The notes under the pieces are model-generated. The model did not search any database. It was not told where the DNA came from and worked only from the letters and a program-made list of their open reading frames with translations. From assembly GCA_965368975.1 (NCBI GenBank), contig CBDUPA010000006.1, positions 1 to 64,000 of the forward strand: a DNA stretch of 64,000 nucleotides. Direction: 5' to 3'. Shown here one piece after another: positions 30,101-49,395 of the stretch. The stretch is from an uncultured bacterium. GTDB lineage: Bacteria; Acidobacteriota; Thermoanaerobaculia; Multivoradales; JAHZIX01. Each line of letters starts with the position of its first letter. Position 1 is the first letter of the stretch. A program made the translations under genes and the position numbers.

Positions 30101-33100
30101 GACCTGGCGGTGGGCAGCGCCATTGCCAACCGCACGCGCGCCGAAGTCGAGGATCTGATCGGCTTCTTCGTCAACACCTTGGTGCTGCGCACGTCGCTGG
30201 CGGCCGACACCTTCGAGCAGGTCGTCGCCCGCGTGCGCGACGTCTCTCTGGCCGCCTATGCGCACCAGGATCTGCCCTTCGAGATGCTGGTGGAGGAGTT
30301 GCAGGTGGAGCGCAGCCTGAGCCGCAATCCACTGTGCCAGGTGATGTACGGCTTCCACAATTTCCCCTGGCGGACGCAGCAGCTACACGGCCTGCGTCTG
30401 GAGACGCTGGAGACGCCGGGCATCGACACCGGCACGGCCAAGTTCGATCTGACGCTCTTCCTGTGGCAAGAACAGCCAGCTGGGAACTCTCCATTTGAAC
30501 TTCGAGCTTCACTCGAGTTCAGCCGTGATCTGTTCGACACCACCACTATCCAGCGCCTGGGCCGCACCTTCCGGACGCTGACCGCCGCCGCCGTCGCCGC
30601 GCCGGACCAGCTGGTCGACCGCCTGCCCCTGCTCGCGGCCGCCGAGGTGCACGCCCTGCTGTGCGAGCACCACACGCCGACTTCGTGCTCCACCGGGGCG
30701 CTGGGACCGGCCGAGGCCATGCTGGGAGAGACCACGCTGGGAGAGACCGTCACCGACCGCTTCGCGGCCCAGGTAGAGGACACTCCGGACGCTGTCGCGG
30801 TGGTGGAGGGTCGGCGCGCCTGGACCTATGCCGGCCTGTACCAGCGTGCCCGGGCCTGGGCGGGCGAGCTCGAGGCGACCCGCGAGATCCCCGCCGCCCT
30901 GGTCACTGGTCGCAACCGGTACCTGGTCCTGGGCGCCCTCGCCGCACTGCTCGCCGGCCGCCCGTACCTGCCGCTCGACCCTGCCAATCCGCAAGAGCGC
31001 CTCGCGCAGCTGCTCGAAGACGCTCGCGTCGATGTCCTGTTTACGCGCGAGAGCGAGCTGCCCTTCTTGCCCGACACGCAAGCTCGTGCCCTCGTTCTCG
31101 ACGTTGTCGACAGCGATCCCGTTCCCGTGCCGCGGGATGTGAAGGGTGCAGCTGTGTCGCACGTGGACTCGGGAAGCGCCGCCTACGTCATCTACACCTC
31201 TGGCTCCACCGGCCGGCCCAAGGGGGTCGTCGTATCGCATGGGGCTTTACTCAACCTGATCGATTGGCACCAGGCCGAGTACGGCAGTTCCCCGAGAACT
31301 CGAACGGCGGTCACCGCCGGTCCCGCCTTCGACGCCTCCGTGTGGGAGCTGTGGCCAACCCTGCTCCGTGGCGGTTGCCTGCTTTTTCCGCCCGATGCGG
31401 TGCGCACGGATCCCGCTCGCCTGGGGATGTGGCTGTGCCGCCACCATGTCGACCGGGTGTTTCTGGCGACGCCGCTGGCCGAAGCCTGCCTCGAAGCCTG
31501 GGGGCTGAACGCGGGGGGGGGCGACCGGCGGCCGCGACTGCGGACCCTGCTCACCGGTGGAGACCGCCTGCACCGTGGAGCTGTGCGAGCGGGTGCGGCG
31601 CTGCTCGACGAGATGCAGCTGGTCAATCACTACGGCCCCACCGAGAACGCTGTCGTCGCCACCTTCGACCGGGTCGATGCCGCTGCGGCCAGAGCCACAC
31701 ACGATCCGCCCATCGGCCGCCCGATCCTCGGGGTCATCGCGCACGTCCTCGACGCGTACCAGCAGCCTGTGCCGCTTGGTATGCACGGCGAGCTGTGCCT
31801 CGGCGGTGCGTCGCTGGCGCGCGGCTACCTACACCGTCCGGCGCGCACGGCGGGTGTCTTCGTGCCCGACTGCGTGACGCCAGTGGCGCGAGATCCGCAG
31901 ACCTGTACCCTGAAGAAAGGGGGCGGCCGTCTCTATCGCACTGGCGACCTGGTACGCCGCCTGGCCGACGGCCGGCTCGACTTCCTCGGCCGGTTCGACC
32001 GCCAGGTCAAGGTACGGGGCGTACGCGTCGAGTTGGGGGAGATCGAGGCCGTGCTGGCGGCGTATCCGGTGGTGCGGCAGGTGGCCGTGGTACCAGTTGC
32101 CGGAGCCGTGCCCCTGCGACTGGCCGCCTGTGTTGTACCCAGCACTGCGGGCAGCCAGTTCGACGACGAGCCCGCGGCGCGCCTGGAACTCTACGAGCAG
32201 CAGGTCGACGACTGGACCGAGATGTTCGACGAGATCTACGACGATGGCCGCGAGGTGCGCGACCTGGGGCTCGACACGGTCGGCTGGAACAGCAATTACA
32301 CCGGTGAGCCCCTGTCCGAAGCTGAGATGCGCGAGTGGCTGGATGACACCGTCGAGCGCATTCTCGGGCTGCGTCCGCGCGATGTGCTGGAGATCGGCGT
32401 CGGTACCGGCATGGTGTTGCAGCGGGTGGCGCCGCACTGCCGCCGCTACCTGGGCACCGACGTCTCGACGCGGGCCCTCACCGATCTGCTGATGACCCTC
32501 GGTACGGCGCCGGAGCCGCTGCCCGTCGAGTTGCTGCAGCGGCCGGCACACGTTTTCGAGGGTCTCGGGGCCGGCAGCTTGGATACCGTCCTCCTCAACT
32601 CGGTGGTGCAGTACTTCCCGAGCGCCGAATACCTGGCCCAGGTGCTGGAGCGGGCGATCGACTGCCTGGCACCCGGTGGAGCCGTCTTCCTGGGCGACAT
32701 CCGCAGCCTGCCCCTGCTCGCGCGCTTCCACCTGTCCGTCGAGTTATACCAGGCGCCGGACGCCTTGCCCGTGGAGCAACTGCGCCGCCGACTCACCGAG
32801 CGCGGGCTGCAGGAAAACGAGCTAGCGGTCGCCCCGGCCTTCTTCCACGTCCTGGCGGCGCGACTGAACCGGGCCCATGCCGAGCGGCCCGGTCCTCGGA
32901 AGCACGTGACGGTCGAGATCTACCCCAAGCACGGCCGCACGTGCAACGAGATGACCGCCTTCCGCTACCAGGTGGTGTTGCGCGTCGAGGTGTCCGGGCA
33001 CGAGGGTCCGGCGCAGCCGCCGTGCCAGCCTGATTGGCAGGCGGGTGCCGATCTCGACCGGGTGACGCTGCGCCAGCAGCTCGAAGCCAGCGCACGCGTG

Positions 33101-36100
33101 CCGCGAGACGTGGTGGCCTGGACGCGACTGCCCAACGCGCGCGTGCGGCGGGAAACGCTCGCCGCACGCTGGCTGCGGCGTGCCGCATCCAAGCAGACGG
33201 CTACCGTCGCCGACCTGCGGCGCCATCTCGACACCCTCGAAGCCGGCGGCGAGATGGCTGGCTTCGAGCCGGACGAGTTGGTCGAGCTGGGACGGGAGCT
33301 AGGCTTCCACGTGCACGTTGGCTGGAGTCACCACGATGCGGAGGGTCATCTGGATGTGATCTTCCAGCGCCGCACGCCGGGCGAGAGCGCGGAGGTAGTC
33401 GAGCAGTGGCAGCGCGCGGCGGCACGCCTGTCCGTCGAGCACACAGTCCCTCGCGACAGGTTGGCCAACGATCCGATCGCTGGTCAGCAGGCACGCGAGC
33501 TGGTACCCGAGCTGCGCAACTGGTTGGGTCACAAGCTGCCGGACGCCTGGATTCCGTCGGCATTCCGGCTGTTCGAAGCCCTGCCGGTGACCGCCAATGG
33601 CAAGCTAGACCGCACCGTTCTGCAGCGCAGCGTCTCGGAAGGAGGGGCCATTTGCGCAGCCGAGCGCACGGGTGGTGCCCCGGAGACCGTGGTCGAGGTG
33701 GCACTGGCGGAGATCTGGTGCCAGCTGCTGGGCGTCGAGCAGGTCTCGTTGCAGGACAGCTTCTTCCAGCTCGGCGGCCATTCACTGCTCGCCACGCAGC
33801 TCACCTTCCGGCTGCGCGAACGCCTCGGCGTCGAGCTACCGCTGCGCGCCGTGTTCGAGGCACCGACGCTGGGGCAGCTGGCCGAGCGTCTCCAGCAAGT
33901 CCTGCAGTCGCAGGCAGGCTCGGAAGGCGCGGTCGAGATACTACCGGCCTCGAAGGAATTGGACGCCCATGTCGCGCCGCTGTCCTTCGCCCAGCAGCGC
34001 TTGTGGTTCCTCGATCGCCTGGTTCCGGACAGCGCGTCCTACAACATCTTCGGTCCGGTGGCGCTGCGCGGACCGCTCGATGTACAGCGGCTGCAGCGTG
34101 CCTTGCGGCGTATCGTCGAACGCCACGCCACCTTGCGCACGACCTTCCCGGAGCGGTTGCGCTCCGAAGCGGGCGAGCCGTTGCAGCAGGTCGCTGCCCG
34201 CGCGTCCGTCGCTCGGACCTGTGTCAACTTGCCTTGTGTCGATCTGCGGTCCTTGGCACCTGGTGCTCGGGACGCCGAGTTGCAAGCTCGCGTCAGCGCC
34301 GAGCGTCACCGGTCCTTCGATTTGGGGCACGGCCCGATGCTGCGTTTGTGTCTACTGCGGCTGGAGGTCGAGCACCATGTGCTGCTGCTCAACATCCACC
34401 ACATCGCCGCCGATGGCTGGTCGTTGATGATCTTCTTCCGCGAGCTGGGCGCCTTCTACGGCGAGCTGGCTCACAACGCTCGGCCCGATACTCTGACTCC
34501 CGAGCTGCCGGTGCAGTACACGGACTTCGCGCGCTGGCAGCGGGCGCGCCTGACCGGCGCTCTTCGTCAGGCGGAACTCGATTTCTGGCGCCGCCAGCTG
34601 GCCGGTGCGCCGCCCGTGTTGCCGCTGCCGCTCGACCGGCCGCGGCCCTCCACGCCGAGCTTGCGCGGTGGCTTGGTCGAACGCCGTCTGCACGTGGGGA
34701 CGGCGCTGGCGCAGCGCTGCCGGCAGCTCGACGCGACACCGTCGATGCTGCTGCTCGCCGTCTTTGCCGCCCTCTTGCAGCGTTACGGCGCCGGTGCTGA
34801 CCTGCCGATCGGCAGCGCCGTTGCGGGCCGCGATCGCCTGGAGGTCGAGCACCTGATCGGCTTCTTCGTCAATGTGCTGGTGTTGCGTCTCCAGCCGTCA
34901 CGGCGGGCGTCGTTTGCCCGCCTGGTGGCGCAGGCACGGCGAGTGTCGGTCGAGGGTTACGCGCACCAGGAGTTGCCGTTCGAGATGCTGGTGGAGGAGC
35001 TGAGCGCGGAAGACGGAATGGAGCGCAGCCTGGGGCGCAATCCGCTGTGCCAGGTAATGTTCGACTACCTGGACTTCCCGCAGATGCCGTCGACGACGTT
35101 GACGGCCGAGAGGGAAGGAGCCTCGGCGCTGCGGCTCGAAGCGGTGCCAGGCAAGGCGGACACCGGAACCGCCAAGTTCGACCTGACGCTGCTGCTGGCG
35201 CGCCTTCCCACACCCGATGGCGATGCCGACGCCGCGCCCACACAGGAACTGACCGCCAGCCTGGAATTCAATCTCGACCTCTTCGACGCCACCACCGGCG
35301 AGCGTCTGCTGCGTCACTTCGAGCGCCTGCTCCTCGGTGCCCTCGCCGACCCGGATCTGCCGCTCGCCGAGCTGCCGCTGCTCAGCAGCGGCGAGCGTGA
35401 ACAGCTGCTGCGCCAGTGGCTGGACGTTCCTGCTCCGCGCGCTCACGCTCTCGACGGCCTGTCACTGCCGGCGGCGGTGCACCGTCGTGGGCAGGAGTCA
35501 CCGGAGCGCATCGCGGTCGTCGATGCGGTCGTCGGTGGTGGAAGCTCCGTCGACCGACACCTCAGCTATGGCGAGTTGAGCCGCCGTGCGGTGGGTCTGG
35601 TGCACGAGCTGCGCTCGAAGCTCGGGGCGGTCCCGGAACCCGTGGTCGGGCTCCTGGCCGGAGCCAGTTCTGACCTGGTGATCGGTGCCCTAGCCTCCTG
35701 GTGGGCGGGGGCCGCCTACCTGCCCCTGGACCCACAGGTGCCGCTGCCTCGATTGGAACTGGCGGCACGCAGCGTGGCGGTCGTGGTACCGAGCGCGCCG
35801 CACCTGGAGCCCGCACGGGCCTTGGTCCGTGCGCTGGGTTGCGAGCTCGTGGACGTGTCCCGAGGGCCCGATGGAAGGATGCCGGAACGGGGAAGCCGGG
35901 TCGACGTAGCGCACTCCCCGGAAGCAGAACTGGCCTACATCGTCACCACCTCCGGCTCTACCGGCATCCCCAAGGCCGTCGCCATTCCGCATGGGGCTCT
36001 GCGTCAAAGAATCGCCTGGCACCTCGACGCCTACGCCGTGACGTCCGCCGACCGCACCGTCGCCCTCTCGGCCCCCTCCTTCGATGCGTCTGTCTGGGAC

Positions 36101-39100
36101 CTGTGGCCATCGCTGAGCGCGGGCGCCTGCCTCTGCTTCGCGCCCCGCGAGATCGCGGCCGATCCGGGCCGCCTGGTGCCGTGGCTGCAGGCACGGCGCA
36201 TCGATCTCGGCTTCCTGTCGACAGCGGTGGCGGAAGCCGTCGTTGGCGAGTCGCACCTTCTGCGGGATCCTTTGCCGCTACGGGCCCTGCTCACCGGCGG
36301 GGATCGCCTGCACCGGGGCGCCCTGCAACACGTGTCGAGGCTACACAAGACCTCGCTGGTCAATCACTATGGCCCGTCCGAAGCGACCATCCTGGTGACC
36401 GCTGGCAGCGTGTCCGAGACTGCGGCGACCGAGCCTTGGGACCCGCCGCTCGGCCGCCCGCTGCCTGACGTGAGTCTGCGGATACTCGATGCCACCGAGG
36501 CCCCGTGCCCAGGGGACTTGGTACCTATCGGTGTCCCCGGCGAGTTGTGGATCGGCGGCGGGCGAGACGGTCTGGCCCGCGGCTATCTGCAGGATCCGCG
36601 GCGCACCGCCGAGAGCTTCTTGCCCGACGGTCTGAGTCGCGCACCCGGTGCACGCCTGTACCGCAGCGGCGACCTGGTGCGCTGGCGGCGCGGCGGTCAG
36701 CTCGATTTCCTCGGTCGCACCGACTTCCAGGTGCAGCTCCAGGGTGTGCGCACCGAGCCCGCCGAAGTCGAGACGGCGCTGGTGCAGCACCCAGCGGTAC
36801 GCGCCGCTGCGGTGGTCGCGGTAGTACCGCGAGCCGGTTCGGACCGCAGCGTGACGACCCACGGCGTGAGCCTGGCCGCCTTTGTCACCGTCGAGCCAAC
36901 GACACCGGACGAACCGGCCTCTTCCCGATCTGCCGATACGCAATCTTTGGATCTGCGTTCCTGGCTGGTTGGGCGTCTGCCGCGCGCCATGGTGCCGGCA
37001 CGCGTCGAGGTGCTGGACGCACTGCCCGTCACCCGGCACGGCAAGATCGACCGTGCGGCTTTGTCCGAACGGGTGGACCAAGGGTCGACCGTCGAGCACC
37101 GTCCGCCGATCTCGACCACCGAAAGGCAGCTGGCCGAGTTGTGGCGAGAGCTGCTCGAGGCTCAGGTCCCGGGGCTGGACGACGACTTCTTCCAGCTCGG
37201 CGGTCATTCCCTGCTCGCTACGCGCCTCACCTCGCGCTTGCGCGAAGGGATGCAGCTCGAGGTACCTCTGCAGGCCCTCTTCGAATACCCGACCCTGGGT
37301 GCGCTGGCCGCTCACCTCGACCAGGTGCGCCGCGACCAGACGAGGGACGACGTGGCTGTACCGCCGCTCATCCCGCTGCCGCGCGATGTCGCAGGCTTGC
37401 CCGTCGAACCGCCACCGCTCTCCTACGCCCAACGTCGTCTGTGGTTCCTCTCCTTGCTGCCCGGCTTTTCCGCGGCCTACCACGTCGGCTTGCCCAGCCG
37501 TCTCGAGGGTTCGCTACACGTCGCTGCTCTGAGCCGTGCCCTGAGCGCCATCGTCGCGCGCCACGAGGTGCTACGCACCAGCTTCCGGCGGCACGACGAC
37601 GTCAACGACGGGGAGCCCTACCAGCACATCACGGTGCCGGGTCGCTGGTCGCTGCCGGTCGTTGATCTGCGGGGGCTGAACCTTGCCGATACCAGTGCTA
37701 CCGATGCCAGTGCTACCGAGACCAGTGCTACCGATGCCATCGCGTCGAGTCTGGCGGCGCGCGAGGCACACCTTGCCTTCGACCTCGAACACGGCCCGCT
37801 GCTGCGCTGTGTGCTGGTGCGTCAGAGCGCCGAGCGTCACCTGCTGCTACTCACCCTGCACCACGTGATCGCCGACGGCTGGTCGCTGTCGGTGCTGCGG
37901 CGCGAGCTGGAGACCCTGTACTCGGCCCAGTACTCGACCCTGTGCACGGCGGACCTCGCCGAACCCGCGTCGCTGCCTCCGGTATCCGAACTCCTGGACC
38001 GTCTGCCCCCCTTGCCCGTGCACTACGCGGACTACGCCGTCTGGCAGCGCGGCTTCCTCGAAGGCACGGACGTGAGCACCGGTGCGATCTCGCGGCAGCT
38101 CGACTACTGGCGCCAGCAACTCGACGGCGCCTCCGAGCTGGAATTGCCCACGGACCGTCCCCGCGCCGCCTCAGCGGGACGTCGCGGCGGGATCGTGCCA
38201 CTGCGACTGCCAGCGTCGGTAACCTCGGCGCTGGGGCAGCTGGGAGCGGACACTGGCGCCACCCGCTTCATGGTCTTGCTACCCTTGATCGCCGCCTTCC
38301 TGGGGCGCCTGAACGGGGCACTGGCGGGTACGCCGATAGACATCTCAGAAGGTCGGCACGACGTCGTTCTCGGTTCGCCGGTCGCGGGTCGAGGTCGCCG
38401 GGAGATCGAGGATCTGATCGGCTTCTTCGTCAACACTTTGCCCCTGCGCTGCCGCATGGGGACACCCTCGGAGACCACCAGCCGGCAGCTGATCGTCCAG
38501 TCTCGCCAGACCGTCCTGGAAGCCTTTGCGCACCAGGAGCTGCCGTTCGAGAAGCTGGTCGACGAACTGCAGCTGGTCCGCGATCCACGGCGCAATCCAC
38601 TGTTCCAGGTGATCTTCGCGCTCCAGCAGGCCGAGCAGATGCAAGCGCCACGGCTAGAGGGGATCGACAGCCAGCCGATCGGCCTCGGCGAGGCTACTAC
38701 CCGCTTCGACCTGGAGCTCTACCTCACCGAGGTGGAGACAGTGCTGGCCGGTGCCCTGGTCTACAGCCGCGACCTCTTCGACGCAACGACCGCGCTGCGC
38801 TGGGCCGGTCAGCTGCAGACCCTGCTGAGCTACGCCGCTGCCGCGCCGGACGCGCCGCTAGCGTCGCTGCCGACGATGACGCCGGCGCAGCAGCAGCAGG
38901 TGACCTGGGAGTGGGCGGACGCCGGCCAATCTCTGCAGCGTGAGAGCGAGTTCCCGGACCACCTCGACCGCATCGCCGTCGTCCATGGCGACCAACGCCT
39001 CAGCTACCGTGAACTGCACCGCCGCGCCGCGCTCGTGGCTCGCCACCTGCAATCGAGCGCTGTCGGTATCGGCCCGGAGCAGGTCGTCGGCGTTTGCATG

Positions 39101-40833
39101 CCGCGCACGCCAGACCTGGTGGTGGCGATCCTCGGCGTGCTGGCCAGCGGTGCCGCCTACCTGCCGCTGGACCCGGCCTATCCCGAGGAGCGGCTGCGCT
39201 TCATGCAGCAAGACGCTGCCACGCAGCTGGTGCTCCATTCTCTGCAGGATGTCGACTTCGGGGCGGATGTCGCCTTCGAGGCTGAGTGCGCGCCGGGGGC
39301 CCGCGACTTCGAGCCGTGGAATGTGGCCGACCCCGACCACCCCGCGTACGTCATCTATACCTCGGGCTCCACCGGCCGGCCCAAAGGCGTCGTTATCCCG
39401 CGTTCTGCAACGGCTGCGTTGCTGGCGTGGACCCGCACGGCCTTCCCGTCAGAGCACCTGCGCGGCATGCTGGCGCTCACCTCCGTCAGCTTCGACATCT
39501 CCGTCATCGAGCTGCTGGCCCCGCTGAGCGCTGGTGGCACCGTGCTCTTGGTCGACAACGCGCTGCAGCGCGCGGCCCTGCGGGCGCCCGAGGAAGTGAC
39601 GCTGGCCATCGTGGTGCCTTCGGTGATGAACGAATGGTTGACGGTCGGCGAGCTGCCGCCAGCCTTGCGCACGCTGGCGCTGGGGGGCGAGGCGCTGCCG
39701 GCGGCGCTGGTCGAACGGGTGCGCTCGCGCACGGATGCCGAGCTGTGGAATCTCTACGGACCGACCGAGGACACCACCTGCTCGACGGCGGTGCGCTTAC
39801 CTGCAAAGCCATCAGCCCGCGCACCATCGATCGGCCGCCCACTCGCCGGTGGTGGCGGAGACGTACGCCTGCTCGACGGTCGTCTACGGCCGGTGGCTGC
39901 GGGCGAGGTCGGAGAAGTCTGCCTGGGCGGGGCCGGCATTGCGCGCGGCTACCTGGGTCGCCCCGCTCTCACCGCTGAGCGCTTCGTGCCGGATCCGTTC
40001 CGTGCTCTCTTGGAGAGCAGGGCGCACGGGCGCCTCTACCGTACCGGTGACCTCGGTCGCTGGCGCGCCGACGGTGGAGTCGAGTTCCTCGGTCGCCGTG
40101 ATCACCAGGTCAAGCTGCGCGGCTTCCGCATCGAACTCGGTGAGATCGAGGCCGCCCTGCTCGAACACCCCGACGTGCTCGAGGCGGCAGCCCTGGTCGT
40201 CACGACCGGATCGGTGGCACGGCTGCTCGCCTGGGTGACGCCAGAGCCGTCCGTCGACAAGTTGGCCGTCGACAAGTTGTCCGTCGATCAGCTAGCCGCC
40301 GACAAGCTGTCCGCCGTGCACGACGAACTACGTCGACGCCTGCCCGCGCACCTGGTGCCAGAGCAGGTCGAAGCCCTACCTGCCTTGCCACGCACCGCCA
40401 GCGGCAAGCTCGACCGCCGTACCCTGGCGCTGCGAGCCGCCCAGCGCGCGCCGAGTCCGGAGACGCTGCGTGCCGGAGGCACCGCCAGCGACGACTTGGA
40501 GCGGCGCCTGGCCAGCGTCTGGGCCGACGTGCTCGAACTCGACGCCGCGGCCCTGGGCGTCGACGCCAACTTCTTCGAATTAGGTGGCAACTCCTTCCAG
40601 ATGGTGCGTCTGCAGGCACGCCTCCAGCAAGAGCTGAGCGTCGAAGTCGCGACGCTGCCGACGGGTGAACTGAGCCTGGTCGACCTGTTCCAGGCGCCGA
40701 CCATCCGCAGCCTGGCGGCGCGCCTGCGAGCGCCAGACTCGGGCAAGGCGGTGGAGAAGGGCGAGCGCCTGGCCGATCAGCGCAAACAAGCCCACGGCCG
40801 CCTGGCGCGCCTGTCGCAACGGAGGCGTGGCTC

Positions 40834-40837
<4 letters not shown>
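21146..40837 (+). CDS. NRPS2, five modules: C*-A-T-C-A[MT]-T-C-A[MT]-T-C-A-T-C-A-T
   Basis: 6563 aa with five A domains. N-MTs lie at about 27600-28850 (VLEIGCGTG, LNSVAQYFP) and 32200-33500 (VLEIGVGTG, LNSVVQYFP). Carrier sites are GGHS x4 (about 24443, 29132, 33773, 37199) and a terminal GGNS (about 40583). The first C has an atypical HHTVTDH motif. Confidence 0.97.
24107..24166 (+). repeat. In-frame 15-bp tandem repeat (PPPAE x4) in NRPS2 A1
   Basis: ccgcccccagccgag x2, ccgctcccagccgag, ccgccacacaccgag. Confidence 0.9.
26552..26593 (+). repeat. In-frame 21-bp duplication (VDAASLD x2) in NRPS2 A2
   Basis: gtcgatgcggccagcctggat / gttgatgcggccagcctggac. Confidence 0.88.
37688..37738 (+). 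repeat. In-frame 15-bp tandem repeat (DTSAT/DASAT/ETSAT) in NRPS2 C5
   Basis: gataccagtgctacc, gatgccagtgctacc, gagaccagtgctacc, gatgcc. Confidence 0.9.
40250..40315 (+). repeat. In-frame 15-bp tandem repeat (SVDKL/AVDKL/SVDQL/AADKL) in NRPS2 A5
   Basis: tccgtcgacaagttg, gccgtcgacaagttg, tccgtcgatcagcta, gccgccgacaagctg. Confidence 0.88.
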
Positions 40838-48279
<7,442 letters not shown>

Positions 48280-48323
48280 CTTTCCTGCTGGAACCCTGAA
48301 TATCCGCTACAATCGGTCGCGCT

Positions 48324-49376
48324 ATGGCCTGGTTGTTCAAGCGGAAATTCCGCCTCACATCCCTGGCCACCTCCGGCGGCTGAGCGGCTAAGGTAGGTCC
48401 GGGGGACCTGTCGGAGATGGTACAGAAACTTGGCGTCATTCTTGGGGAGAACGAGCGAGTACTCGTGGGGCCCGAGACGGCGGACGATGCTGGTGTGTAC
48501 CTGCACAATGGCACGGCGCTGGTGGCGACGGCGGACTTCATCACTCCGGTGTGCGACGACCCGAGGCGCTATGGACGGGTGGCGGCGGCGAATGCGCTGT
48601 CGGATGTGTACGCGATGGGTGGGGAAGTGCTGTTCGCCCTCAACCTGTGTTGCTTCCCCGAGGTTCGCGTGCCGGAAGGCACCTTCACTGAGATCCTGGA
48701 AGGCGCGGCCGAGAAGATCAAGGAGGCCGGCGGCGCGCTGCTCGGTGGGCATTCGGTACGCGACCAGGAGCTCAAGTTCGGCCTGTCGGTGGTGGGCCAT
48801 ACGGACCCGGAACGCATGCTGACCAACGCGGGTGCGCAGCCGGGAGACCGTTTGCTACTCACCAAGCCGCTGGGCACAGGGGTGCTGATCAACGCCTACA
48901 AGTTCGACAAGCTGGACGCTGAAGGCCTGGAGCCGGCGCTGCGCTGGATGGAGACGCTGAACGCGGTCGCGTCGCGTCTGGCGCTGCAGCACGGGGCGCA
49001 CGGGGCGACCGACGTCACCGGTTTCGGCCTGGCCGGGCATGGCCTGGAGATGGCGCAGGCGTCCGGTACGACGCTGTGCGTGCGCTTTGCCGACGTGCCG
49101 TTCTACGAGGCCTTCTACGACCTGGTGAAGCGCGGCATCTCGACCGGCTGCACGGAGGCCAACGAGGCCAACGTCAGCGCTTTCTTCGACGACCAGGCAG
49201 GGCTGAGCAAGGCGCAACGAGAGTTGCTGGTCGACCCGCAGACATCCGGCGGTCTGCTGTTGGCGGTGCCCGCCGAAACGTCCGCGGCGTTGCTCGATGC
49301 GCTGTGCTCCGAGGGGCTACCCGCCGCTGACATCGGCGAGGTCGTCGACGGGCCGCCCCGGTTCACGGTGCTCTAG
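48324..49376 (+). CDS. selD: Selenide, water dikinase (selenophosphate synthetase); selenocysteine-containing (UGA at 48381-48383)
   Basis: From ATG 48324 it reads MAWLFKRKFRLTSLATSGG-U-AAKVGPGDLSEMVQ, in frame with ORF 48417-49376. U-x-x-K is the SelD catalytic motif. The body has DDAGVY, TADFITPV, ANALSDVYAMGG, GGHS, TDVTGFGL and DPQTSGGLL. Confidence 0.95.
48392..48412 (+). promoter_or_regulatory. Putative bacterial SECIS hairpin for selD UGA recoding
   Basis: GGTAGGTCC-GGG-GGACCTGTC stem-loop; the G-containing apical loop begins about 17 nt after the UGA. Confidence 0.7.
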
Positions 49377-49395
49377 TCTCAAGAAGAACGCGGGC

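Noticed and set aside
48417-48419. ORF-track start of selD at 48417
   Set aside because: It would omit the catalytic Sec/Cys-x-x-Lys motif; an in-frame ATG at 48324 with UGA read-through explains the sequence.
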